Origin: Phoronis australis
Taxonomy: Eukaryota > Animalia > Phoronida
Assembly: GCA_002633005.1 (NCBI GenBank)
Contig: NMRA01000012.1
Coordinates: 1,590,796 to 1,654,795 of the forward strand
DNA length: 64,000 bases
Reading direction: 5' to 3'
Positions 25,601 to 37,600 of this stretch are shown in pieces (the first letter of the stretch is position 1; each line of letters starts with the position of its first letter). Below the pieces are notes generated by a model. The model was not told the origin of the DNA and searched no databases. It was given only the letters and a program-made list of their open reading frames with translations. The position numbers and the translations under genes were made by a program.

Positions 25601-27087
25601 TTTCGGATAGATCTGACTACTGCTGTGCCCCCTTGTGGCAATTTTAGTTTTTTACGTTGAACTCAGTATCTTCAAAGGTCCTCAACAGATTTTCATAAAA
25701 TTTTAAATATAGGCATCTATTGTTGTGATGACGCTATCTTTCTGTTTTTTGGATGGAATCTAGGTATTTTGCACCGCCTAGTGGCCATTTTTTGCTGTTT
25801 TCAAATCTTGTTTTTGGTGTCCACCCCTGTATCAACCAAATCATTTGAAAATTGGCATATATGTTCTCAGTGTGAAGACGACCTTTGATGATGTTGACTG
25901 ATTACTGTGGCACCTCCTAGTGGCAATTTTGTTTTACACCCATACTTGTATCTCCTACACCCACGGTAGGATCTTTACTAAATTTAGTAAGTGTATTTAT
26001 ATGGAGATAACAACAGACCAAGACGACTTTCAGGCGGATCCAATGGACAGTGCCCACTAGTGGCAATTTCATTTTATTCTGTTTTCCTTTGTTTCTCTGA
26101 AGTTCCTTGACAGATTTTTATGAAATGTGGCATGTTCCTGTTTTTGGATGAATTTGTCGTGAATTCTTGTGTCTCCACATTGCTGATATCTCCAAAAGAA
26201 TTGTATGTTTTTGCGCCATCTAGTGGCCATTTTTAAGATACAAATAAATAACCCTAAAAGCACACCATTTGCAATGCATTCGTGGGCGCATTTCAACGCT
26301 CTGTGTTGCTCTTGTTGTAATCGTAAGTGGTCCAAATCAAAAGATGGAAGACTGGTTTTTAGCAGGTTTTCTTTTATTTTTTTTTGTAAAATACCACCAT
26401 TTGCTGAATATCTGAGTCTGCAAACTAACAGACTTCCTAAAACTTCTTGAAGTGATAAACAGAATGTAGTAATAGGTCTCTGCACACCATCCTCTATCCT
26501 ATTCATATTGACATGATGTTTTGGGTGGTCACTTTCTCAATTATTTTCTGGTGTTACAGAATTCTTAGAATTAACATAGGTGTATATACAGTAAGTTTTT
26601 CCCTTGCATGTGTTCGTTCTTCGTGTAACACCAGATGGTTGGAGAAATTACTGGCTGAAATGTCATTCCATTGGGGAAATAGTCTAGATGTTGTTGTAAA
26701 TAGACCAATGGATTTCAGAAATTAGTTCCTAGCAGATAGACAATATGAAACGTTAATTAAATCTTAAACAAAATGTTGTACAATTGTAGATATGAAGGTT
26801 ACGTTGTATAAAACATGGTTACCTAGTATTCTTTCCACTGAAATGTTGTTCCTCTAATTTCTTGTGACGATTTATGCATGAAGTTTTTTGTTTATTTTTT
26901 TTCAGACCAAGCTCCGTATGATCCCAATGGTAAACCCAATAAGTATTTCTTCAATGTTGAGTCTTGCGGTTCACTCAGACCTGAAAACATTGTGTTCTCT
27001 GGACTATCTATACTGAAGAAGAAGCTCAGTGATCTTCAGACACAACTCAGTCTCGAGATACAGAGTGATAATCTCACAATACAATGA
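16627..27087 (+). CDS. POLR2C: DNA-directed RNA polymerase II subunit RPB3; exons 16627-16712, 17046-17095, 18002-18123, 18781-18909, 20731-20779 (dup 22386-22434), 21652-21820 (dup 23312-23480), 23849-23886, 26906-27087
   Basis: [73 protein letters not shown]...[12 protein letters not shown]...[14 protein letters not shown]...[13 protein letters not shown]...[10 protein letters not shown]...[17 protein letters not shown] junctions with a continuous frame when one copy of exons 5-6 is used. AATAAA at 27502. Confidence 0.97.
17128..17552. mobile_element. MITE, AGACAGTG...CACTGTCTA family
   Basis: Termini agacagtgacctcca / acggtggcactgtcta; internal similarity to 15480-15871. Confidence 0.65.
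20663..23628. other. ~1.3-kb duplication 20663-21947 = 22318-23628 flanking the single-N gap at 22317, duplicating POLR2C exons 5-6
   Basis: The second copy begins right after the n. The copies differ by scattered SNPs and small indels; the only coding change seen is synonymous TTC/TTT. Confidence 0.85.
24066..24205. repeat. 45-bp tandem repeat x3
   Basis: tgtagcagagagatggagcattcaaacactgcctgtatgtatcta repeated. Confidence 0.85.
24398..24900 (+). mobile_element. Possible 5' remnant of a hAT-like DNA transposon
   Basis: Starts ccaaggcttggaattt in a CpG-rich patch. Peptide [26 protein letters not shown] resembles, from recall only, the KNxWRWEW N-terminus of some invertebrate hAT-like transposases. 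Confidence 0.35.
24982..26316 (+). mobile_element. Helentron-type non-autonomous element (HINE/DINE-1/pearl-like) with internal tandem array, copy A
   Basis: 5' tttttatgtgcccacatatttatatgtggacgcat hairpin/subTIR, (gtcc)n microsatellite, tandem ~150-bp subunits, then 3' gtgggcgcat subTIR, caacgctctgtgttg hairpin and ctcttgtt end. Confidence 0.8.
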
Positions 27088-27340
27088 TCAACAGGCTTGG
27101 ATGTATTGTACATTACAAGATTCAAAGTGATAATCTCACAGTGCATTGTACAAAATGATTTGGAGCGTATGGCGAGAGACCAATTGATAATTTCACGATA
27201 CGATGGTAACTGGGCTTGGATGTATTGTACATCATGAGATATGAAGTGATAATCTCACCACACAGTAACAACTGTTCTTGGATTTGTTGTATATCACGAG
27301 ATACAAAGTGATATCTCATGATACGAGGCATGGTGTATTG
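27055..27340 (+). repeat. Degenerate ~60-bp tandem repeat (~5 units) spanning the POLR2C stop codon and proximal 3' UTR
   Basis: gagatacagagtgataatctcacaatacaatg...ggcttggatgtattgtacat recurs at about 27055, 27118, 27175, 27236 and 27298. Confidence 0.7.
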
Positions 27341-30300
27341 ACGATACACAAAAGCTTGTTTGTGGCATGTCACAAGACTGTTTCCGCAGATTCCAAAATG
27401 TTTTGGTCTCCACCAATCTATTTCTCTCATGTTACCTTTATTGTCTTTTCACAATTCACATTCAATCTTGTAACAACCATACATGCTACATTTTGTAATA
27501 TAATAAAATATTTTATTATTGTTTTTAAGTTACACTTGTTACAATTTTCGGATGCTATTGGTTTACTAAATACATTGTAGGATATCTTAAGGTAAATAAA
27601 CAATTAACTGCTGACCGAATGGTAAACTCATTAGTTTTTAAAAAGTTAATTATTTTTTGTCGAAAATTGGGGAAATTATGAAGCAAATATTACTGGCTAT
27701 TCTTCTGAATGATTTAAAATTTTCTCATTTGGTTTCGTTCTGAATTTTTGCCAGAATTTTAACAAAATCACACGAATTGCGATAACATTTAATAAAATAT
27801 TGGTGAACACTGCTTTATCATGTATAAATGATATGTTAACAAAAACATCCGAGTCTGAGAGGACACTTTTATTGTAATACAAACATTGCATTACAAACCA
27901 CCTTAAACCACAGAATTACTAGAAAAATTAAAAATCTATAACATTCAAACATTACAATTAACATTCCATGCAGATTCAGTAAATAAACGATACACTATTT
28001 TACTAAAAACATAACATAAGCGACTAGTGCTCAGTACTTGGCTGAAAAGCTTGCTTGGTTTTGGTACAAAATTATTGCCATGTATACCCAAACTTGGCCG
28101 ATACCACTCAAACTGATGTGGCTGCAGTACGAGACAAAAGCAATCGGACACAATACTGTTTCCCCCGTCACGACGACTAATTCTGTTAACAGCAAAAATG
28201 ACTGGCAACAATGACGGTGCCAAAATTCTAATGACAGAATGACTTCGCCACCCTCTTAAGTCCTACTTCCCCTTCATTCTTGGTCTTGACAACTTTAGCT
28301 TGCGCCCAGCCATGACGGAATTCTGGGTCATTTTCTCTGAATACTTTTGGCTTGTACTGTAGAAGGCCAGTTAGTCTCATATTCCTCCTTTACCTATTCT
28401 TTATCATCCAAGACATGTTTGTTGACCTATGGCATCATTTTGTTCACCAAGCTAAACTTCAAGCAATAAACTGTCAGTTGTTTCCAAACTAAAAAATTAC
28501 TTCTCATCTCGGGACTCTAGTTGAAGACAGCAAATGGCAGCTGAGCAACAAAAATATCATTCATGCCGATTTAAAACAGATTGTGACGTGTGTTTAACAC
28601 GTTCACTTAAATGCAACGGATGAACCACCAGGGTCCAGTTTTTTAAGACAAGAAACACAAACTGTATGTGATATTCTGTACGAAATCAACCTCGGCTGGG
28701 TCAACATTTCAGTTACAGAATCCAGTTAAAATGCATCACAGATGTTTGTGATGTTCGCCTTGGTTATTGTTTTGCAGGGGAAACCTTGACACTCAAGATA
28801 TTGACTGTGTGTAATTGAATGAGGCATACTATGATCAAGACAGATTGCATAACTCAAGTGGCTCTTTTGGCCTCAGGAGAAAACTTGGCTAAGTCAGTCA
28901 TGTTGATATCCCAGATGCATGTGATGAGATTGAAGTCCAAAACCAATCAAGCTTTTCTCTAGCTATCATTGTATAATAATTATATAGTTCACACATGAGG
29001 TAGTACCTAACATCCATTACACAGGTTTACATAAGAACAATAATTAACACAACTCCTCAACAGTTCACATTATTTAGTGTATGCTTTAGACAATTAGCAC
29101 AAACAAAATGGGTTGACTTTGAGAAAATTTTTGGAGCTCATCTCCACAAAAAATCAGTAAATGATGCCTTGCTTCAATTTACTTAATATGATGATCTTTA
29201 CTTCACAGATATGTTTACACCAATTTTTAGCTTGACAAGATATTAAGGATGTTTGCTTCAGGCACCATGCATATTGTGGTCTTGTGATATCAGTCATGCA
29301 CACCATATGGCTGTGCACAACAAATAACAGCACAAGTGTATGATTTCTCAAAGGCTGCCCATCAAGCTCTCACTTTAAATATGCATAGATTGCCTACTGG
29401 CCACTTAAATTTTTGATACAACACTCAGAGGTACAACAGACTTTACAAGAAAATCAATCCTTATAACCACATGATTCTCAGGAAAAATGTCTCAAACATA
29501 ACTCAAATTCATGAACTGATTTCAACAAAAACATTCTATTATTAAAAGTGAATACACATTCTTATAACATGAACATTTTGTCTTACTCCCAGTGTCATTT
29601 GAAGGAATTATTCCCCAAATTCTCCAAAGAATCTAGATCACAGAAATAATGGCGGAGAACAGGTACTTTTTTCAGTAAAGAGGCATCAACTTGTCCCAAA
29701 TACATTTGACTAAAATGACAGATTTTTCTCACTTTACAGGCTTGCTATAGTGCTACTAAGGCTCAAAATATGACAATTAGTGACATCTGTGCCATATACG
29801 AAGTAAGAAGTAATTTTTGTTTAGAAATTCAACAATATATAATTCGACATCGTCACCATTTTGAGCCACCAACTGAAGAATATTACAGTTACCCACCTGC
29901 ATTGTGGAATGAGTAACCCAATGGCCTGATCAGCCTGTGGGGTTACAGCCAATGTGGTTATCAGTTTGAAAGTGGCAAGGCAATGTTTACATAGTCCAGC
30001 TCTCTCATTGTCTGCTTTCATCTGATAAGCTCATGTAATCCAGCAATTATGTTGTAAACAGGGAGTCTGACACTAAGGGATATTTAAAAACACTATTTGC
30101 CAAGGACTTTCAACAAATGTCTTGAAGCAGATGTGTTTTGTGTGAAATACTTTCACCAAAAAATTTCGAATGGAGAAAAACGGTTGACTTTCAGAGAAGT
30201 AGACGTAACTTTCACCTGCTGATTCCTTTGTGTGACAGTAAGGTCTGACCAGCTTAACCATAGTATTGTATCCAAAACAAAAGGTTTGCTTGACAAGTCT

Positions 30301-31697
30301 AATGTAGCCTCATTCTAGATTAGATCATGATAGTGGAATTTTTTTGATTTTTACACTCCAGGACTAATGCGTAAATTATTAACTCCACCTATTGGGCTTC
30401 TACAATAACTTGCATGTGGTAAGAACATGTTAAAATCTAGAGTGTGTGCTAAAACAGACAAAATCACACTTTTGGACACAATGCGGAAGCCAAGTGAAAT
30501 TTTATTTTCTCATTTTTTTGTAAATGATATACAGTATCAGAATGATGCTTTTCCACATCAAAGTTCTGTACAATAGCTACCAACAGAAAAAAATTTGAAA
30601 AACTGTGGGCATTCACAACAATATGAATTATTTTTGTCCGAAAGTGATCATATTTTACAAAACTCAAGAAAGTTTCTACTGCTAAGTACTTGAAATTTAA
30701 AGGTTAAAGGTTAACAATAAATTTTCTTTGCCCAAGATTTCAACAATTCCTATAACAATACAAACTTTTAAAAGCAAAGTAGTCAAAAAGCAAATATCTG
30801 CTTACTCAAGAAAATCAGATTTGTAGCATCAAAAAGGAACAAGGACCTCTCCCCAAAGAAGTAAGGGAGTGAGAATATCAAGTAGATTACAAGCATAACA
30901 TATAATGACACGTATCAGATCTAAACAATGATTAGAAAAATGTCTGCAGAGTGCACTGGCCAAAAGCACTAAATGGTAAAAACTACAAAAAAGGATCAAC
31001 CCTCAAATCCTATCATTACACTGCTATTGCATATTCAGTCGGCATTTCAATGACCAATTGAAAAATTCTGCATTCCTTTCCCTTTTAAAAAATTAACAAG
31101 TCACCGCTACATGTATAGTTCTGAATAAGACAAAAGTAATCATACACAATACTATTTTCCCACCATATTGGCTCATTCTGTAAAAAGCAAAAACGGCTGG
31201 TAACAACTAGTATGCGGGCAAAATTCCAACTGGAGAATGGCTTACGTATATCAGTATTAACCTTTCCTGTTAATTTCTCATCATTCTCTGTCATCAGGGG
31301 AGACTATTCTGACCATGAAGTCGGCTTCAGCCCGGTTGTTATCACGTGGAATTCTGGTTCATGTTGTCTGAATACTTTTGCTTGTGCTCTATGGCTCTAT
31401 GCGGACCAAGTGGTTTACTGTACACTAACCAATTCCCTACCTTATATGGGGGAGAGTTGATTATATTGGTGAACCACCAATTTGAAATAACCACAACAGG
31501 AACATATCTGCCTTCATGACAACAATAGGGAAGCGTTTCTTAGACACAAAGCTTGCAAGAAAATCCTGAGTGATCACATGCTTCACTTCTAGTGCATAGC
31601 AGTGTCTCACGAACACTTGCGTGCATTTCCGCCAGTTTCTTGTGCCTACAGAGCACAGCCCAGTATCATCACAATCTACTTGACGACAAGAGAACCG

Positions 31698-34600
31698 TCA
31701 TCTCCGAGAAGATAACAGAGGCGATTCAGATGCAGGGTCCTGTAAAAGGATTATTATAAAATTAGATATTTTACATACCAAACAATAACACATTAACATC
31801 AAATGGGAAATAGACGACACTCAAGTTTGTACAGTGAAAGGTGAAAAATCTATATTAGGTATAAATTATTAGTCTTCTTACACCCCATGTTGGTCACATC
31901 ACTTGACCAACACTGATCTGATGGGAGCTCAAACTCAGAACTTTCTGCTAACCGTGCACTGACGCTCTGGTTCACTGAGCTATTGGAACTACAGAAATCC
32001 AATCAGACTTAATAGGAAGCACCTTACCCAAACCTGGGAGTGCACATACACAAAATAGAGCCCTAGAGGATTACATAACAATAGATCTCTCTTTTATGCC
32101 ACCTAATGCGTTGTTTTCATTGGCCACGTTTTGGAATGTCAGAGGCATATTTTCAAAGGTCACTATCAGAGACTGGTTAAATTCATCCACAACTATTTTC
32201 AAGTTTGTCATGACACTTAATCTCCCATCATAGTTGCAGCTACAGAAGAGTTGCTTGGCATTGGAAGAATAGAGCATTGCAACTGAGAAAAATACGAGAA
32301 CAAGAAAAGTCAAATAACACGTGGAACTCTAACAAGGGCAAAAACGTGGCAACAAAAGTGCTTGACAGATATTGCGGCATTGTGGGTAAATACATAGACA
32401 TTCAAGTGTTGCTGTGTAATCAGAGACGGTCCTATTGTCCTGCTGTGAATCAGGGTGTTGACATGGTATACCTAGTCTTCTTAGATGCAATAGAGCATTT
32501 TTAGCCTTCTTGTAGGCCACTCAACTATATGGTTACATGATGTGACTAATAGCTGGCATGTAAGATGACTGGTAATTTGTACTGATATCAACAGTGTGCT
32601 GATTCATAACAGCACAATTTATCATACTATTGTGAACTTTCCATGTTTTTCCATGCTTATTTATCACAACAACAACAAGAGCAATGCTGAGCGTTAAAAT
32701 GCGCCCACAATTGCACCGCATACGGTATCCTTCAAGGGTTGTTTATTGGTACCATAAAGTGGCCAGTAGAGGGCATATATGTAGTATGTTGTACTTAGCA
32801 AAATGGAAAGGCATGGTCATGGTCTCCTCAATAGGCTAGGGGCAAAATGTGAGTAATCTTCATAATACAAGCACATCCTATACACCAGTTGCTTAAAGCA
32901 CCACAGAAACATAGAATTAAAAACAAATTTACCAACATACGAGATTAGCACAGCATTAGAATGCCAGAAACAAATTTCTACTTGGAACTTTTCCTTCATA
33001 GTCACGAAGTAACACAAAGTATACACCTGAAGACCTATGAAAATACAGAGGTCAATGTAAAATACTAAAATTGCCACTAGAGGCAAATACTAAAATTGCC
33101 ACTAGAGGCATACCGGTAATCAGAATCATCCTAAAGTCGTCATCATCCGTTGTCAACATCACATAAATACACTTGCTAAATTTAGTAAAGATCCTGCAAA
33201 CGGTTTGGGAGATACAGCCATGGGCGCAAAAAAACAAAACTGCCACTAGGAGGCGCCACAGTAGTCAAAATCGTCGAAAAATCATCGTCAACCGTCCTCT
33301 ACATAGTAAGCATATACATGCCAATTTTCACAATCATCCTTTGAGCGGTTTGGTTGATAGAGGGGTGGACGTACAAAAACAGACTCGAAAACACTAAAAA
33401 TGGCCACTAGGTGGCGCAAACTATGTCAAATCCATCTGAAAACGGGAGGATAGCGTCATCTCACTAATAGGTGACTACATACCAAATTTCATGAAAATCC
33501 GTTCAGGACTTGTGAAGATACAAAGGTAAGCGTAAAAAAATTAAAATTCTCACTAGGGGGCACACCGGTAGTCGGATCCGTCCAAAAGTTCGCACATGCC
33601 GTCCCATTCATGAATGGAACATATGTGCCAAATTTCATGAACGTATGTCAAAGGGTTTTGGAGATAGAGCAGCGGACGCCGGACGCCGCCCGGACGGACG
33701 AACAGAGATGACAGCATAATGCGTCCACATATAAATATGTGGGCGCATAAAAACACTTCTGAGAGGAATCTCCCATGATTGTGTATTTATTCTGCATTAT
33801 GCAAACAAATAGCGTGCAAATTATTTATACTTAACTATAAGTCACAAGTGTGATTTTATGGTATTTTCAGCGAAATGGCAGAGGCCCGGACAATATATCA
33901 TGTAACTGACTGCTAGAAACAACTAATTGTGTGACTCCACTGTGTTTTTCATTGTAACGGAAAAGACAATAACTTGAATGACCCAAAAACTCATTGTTTA
34001 TATTATAAGGTATCGCTCACTTATTATTGGGTTGGGTCTGACCACACCATACACAAATAATATCGTTAGAGCAAATATGACTATCATGGTAAGTTTTCTT
34101 GTTATTTCACAAAGAACTAAAAGATCAACATTCATCAGCACAATTCATGTGAAGCTCCGATAGTCATTTTAGAGCACGTTGTATAATTTTCTTTTGACTA
34201 ACAATTTTCAAGTCTAAATTAAATGTTAGAATTAACTCATCAGTTAATTCGAGGTCAGCCACCAGGCCCACCAACTTGAGCATAAACTGGTAGATTCCAT
34301 GCAGCATCCGATTTGGTGAATACGGGCTCCCCAAATGTGACGCCCGTGGTGCCTTCAGACCGACTTAACTTCATATTTTCTTTGCTCAACTCACCATGTG
34401 CCACAAAGTTACAACATTTTCTGCATTTTATAGGCAGTTGGTTCACAGCGCAACATTGATTTCACCAACATGTTCAGCCTCTATCATTAACTTTGTGCAG
34501 CTTTTGGTAAGAAACAGTACAAAACAAAAAGTAATTATTGACAACATAACATTTTCCCACAATGATGGCTAATTCTGGAATGTTAATTCTCCTTCCACCT

Positions 34601-37600
34601 AGTCGCCATGATGGGTAATTCCGAGTCATTTTGTCTGAATACTTTCAGCTTGTACTTTATTATCAGGTCTTAAACTTACTGTGGTACAAAATAATGCCAC
34701 ACAGTCTACTTACTACTGTAACAATAAATAACAGTTACTACAGCTAACACACTCACCCGGCCAGGTACATATAAGTTATACACAGCAGTGTCACTTATCA
34801 CATCATTATAAGCTGGAGGAGGGGCAGACGGCTCAGGAACATCAGGGTCGTATCCAGGTACAGGGGATGCATCCACAGTGATGGAATCAGGCACTGGAGC
34901 TGCTGGGCTAATAATATCCACAGGTGGTGCTGAGGGCTCTGGTGATGGCACACTGTACAAATTTGCAGTGCTATATTCAGGGGGAGACTGGTAGAGCGCA
35001 TCTGTGTCAGCTCCTCCAGTGCCACCATTGGCCTCCTGGCCGGACGAGGGATCCCGTGGTTGATGTGGCCATGGTGATGATGTGGTGTCAGTCCTTGGAC
35101 TGGTCATTTCTGTTAAATTGTGCGTCTCTGGGTTTTGAGACTGATCTGCAAAATGCAAAGGTCAGGAGAGGGATTACAATAACTGTGATGCCATTTTGTT
35201 AACAAGATTTTCACTTTTACATTCTGCACTTCCACCTGTTGGGTGCTACTGAAATTACCACCTGAATCATCACTGCAACCTGCGATGATAATGATAATTA
35301 TGACCTTCTATAGATGGATATTAAATAGGATGACAAAGAAGTGTTGGAGTCTGTATTAACCACAAAACTGTTACAGGTAAAAACAGTCACAGGAGACAAA
35401 AAAGATTTCACTCACTGGCAGACACTGTAAAAATAAGGAATATTCTGAATGAATTATTATGACGTGAACTGGTATCCAGAATCCTCAAATTTTGACTATT
35501 GGATCTGACAAAATAGTAATCAGTTAATATCTAAAAAGTTTTGTCAAACGTACACAAACCCTGGAATTTCCCTTTAATTGGATATTCTGGCACTGCAACG
35601 CACAATTATCATATTTTAGGAAATCATAACATATTAACCTGTTTTAATAACACTTCAGCCATTTGCAGATTTGGAAAAATTGAATTTTCACAATTTTTCT
35701 TAAAGTATCACCAAGCTAAGAGAGCACAGTGTGCTCTTAAATAGTCCTGATGTGTTCTCCTATTCATAAAGCATAGTGTTAGGGGTTCAGTTTGGACTAA
35801 TTCCGGTAATGGTCTGATATAGCGTGCCCGAATTTTGAGAACCAGTTTTCTCCATTAAATAACGGGCATCAAACTGGTTCTCAAAATATGACACGTTATA
35901 TCAGACTATTGCCCTAATTCCTATAGGAGCCAAGTTAACCTACAGTGATGTGCAAAGAATGTAGAAGTGCCATATATTTAAATCACTTGTTCCTCAGTGC
36001 CCAACAGAAGATGTTAGACATAAATTAAAGTTGCAGTCAATCAACTGATTAATATGAAATTTTTTCTCAACGTGTTCCTTAAAATTAGAGAACAGGTCTA
36101 GGCTAGGCGAGAACAGGTCTAGAACCAACTTGCTGAACAGAAACTGTACATTACTGATTCAATGCTCATAATTATTCAGCACGTCTACCGGAATGCTTGT
36201 TCTCATTTTTTAAGTGGCGTCTGAGTAAGGAGCAAATCGAGACGTGGACTAAATCAAAACTCAATTATACATTTGATGGATTTAGCAGCTTTTATTAAAT
36301 GTGGTTTGTGATATTATCTGGAATTTCTGAAAAACTAAGATCATGGACGTATATTCGAACCTTTCGAAAACGTCAAAAAAAAAACAATACACCTGGGCAT
36401 ATTTAAGGATCTTGGCATATTTCAGAAAGGTGGAATGTCAAACATTTGTTGATGCAGCTTTGAAGCAAATATTCTATTTTCAAAGTATGTAATGAAGTTA
36501 GTTACAGTCACCGGAATATCTCGTTAAATAATAGTCACCTGTGTGAAATCGGGATCACAAAATGTAATATCTTGAGAAACTCAACATAATTTTACGTCCT
36601 GCGTGTTAGCACAATCAATTAGATTTTCAAAGCATGCAAACCATTACTGAGAATACACCCATAGTAATTCTACTTTTGGAGTTTTTTTTGAAAATAGAAC
36701 CATGGGTGTTCTTTTGGGTAGACCTAATTTCGGAAATTCCTAGCCATGATTATCTCAACCATTATGACTTATTCTGACTCACAAATTGGGAAATGGATTG
36801 TGAGTGCAGCACAACTTCTCAACTTGCGAGACCATACTACACGCACCATGTAATCCATAAACAAATCCAGTGCCATCTGGTGGACATGCCCTTTAAAGTG
36901 GGATTCCTTATCACAACCCCTTCTATCCACATTCTTTCAGCACAGCTTCTATTGAGAGATAGGGATGCCTATAATTAGCTGATGAGCAATGCTGGAAACT
37001 ACTTTCCTATGAGTATCTCAAGGCTTGCCAAATTTTTGTTGACAAAATTGCTATTACTTGACCATTTTTGAAAATTCAATAAACAAGTAAACTAATTTTG
37101 ACTCCTCTATTCAGATTATCCATTAGTTTTCATGTCCCAAAAAGAAAATGGAAATGCTTTAAGCCTTCATTATTCAGATATGATCTGATAAGAAACAGTA
37201 ATTACCCTCTTACTATGTGACCTGGGTCACTCTATTGACAAGGAATCCCCTAGTGGGAGACTGGAATGTGGATAGAACTGGTAAAGCTGACCACATGACA
37301 ATTTCTCCAAATGGATCCTTATCTCGTATAAAGGGGATGTTTACAACAAGGCAAGATCTTACCATTTGACTCAGTGTTACTGTTCTTCTTGCATAAGCAA
37401 ACAAAACAAAAAAGAACGCCACTGCAAACCGCTGCCACTACAACGCCAATCAGCGTAGTCTCGTACTCGCTGCCACTTGTAGGAGAATCTACAGAACATA
37501 CATGTAAACCAGATGATTAGCAGGGCAGGATTAATGAACGTACTAGTGGTCACATGACAACTGCTGTCAGTAGATTGTTGCATTAATCCTCATCTTTTGA

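Noticed and set aside
32817-33756. Repeated ORFs (also 24973-25197, 41848-42473, 43449-43931, 56145-56498) as a gene family
   Set aside because: They are translations of the non-coding HINE repeat, with no protein motifs and inconsistent frames between copies.
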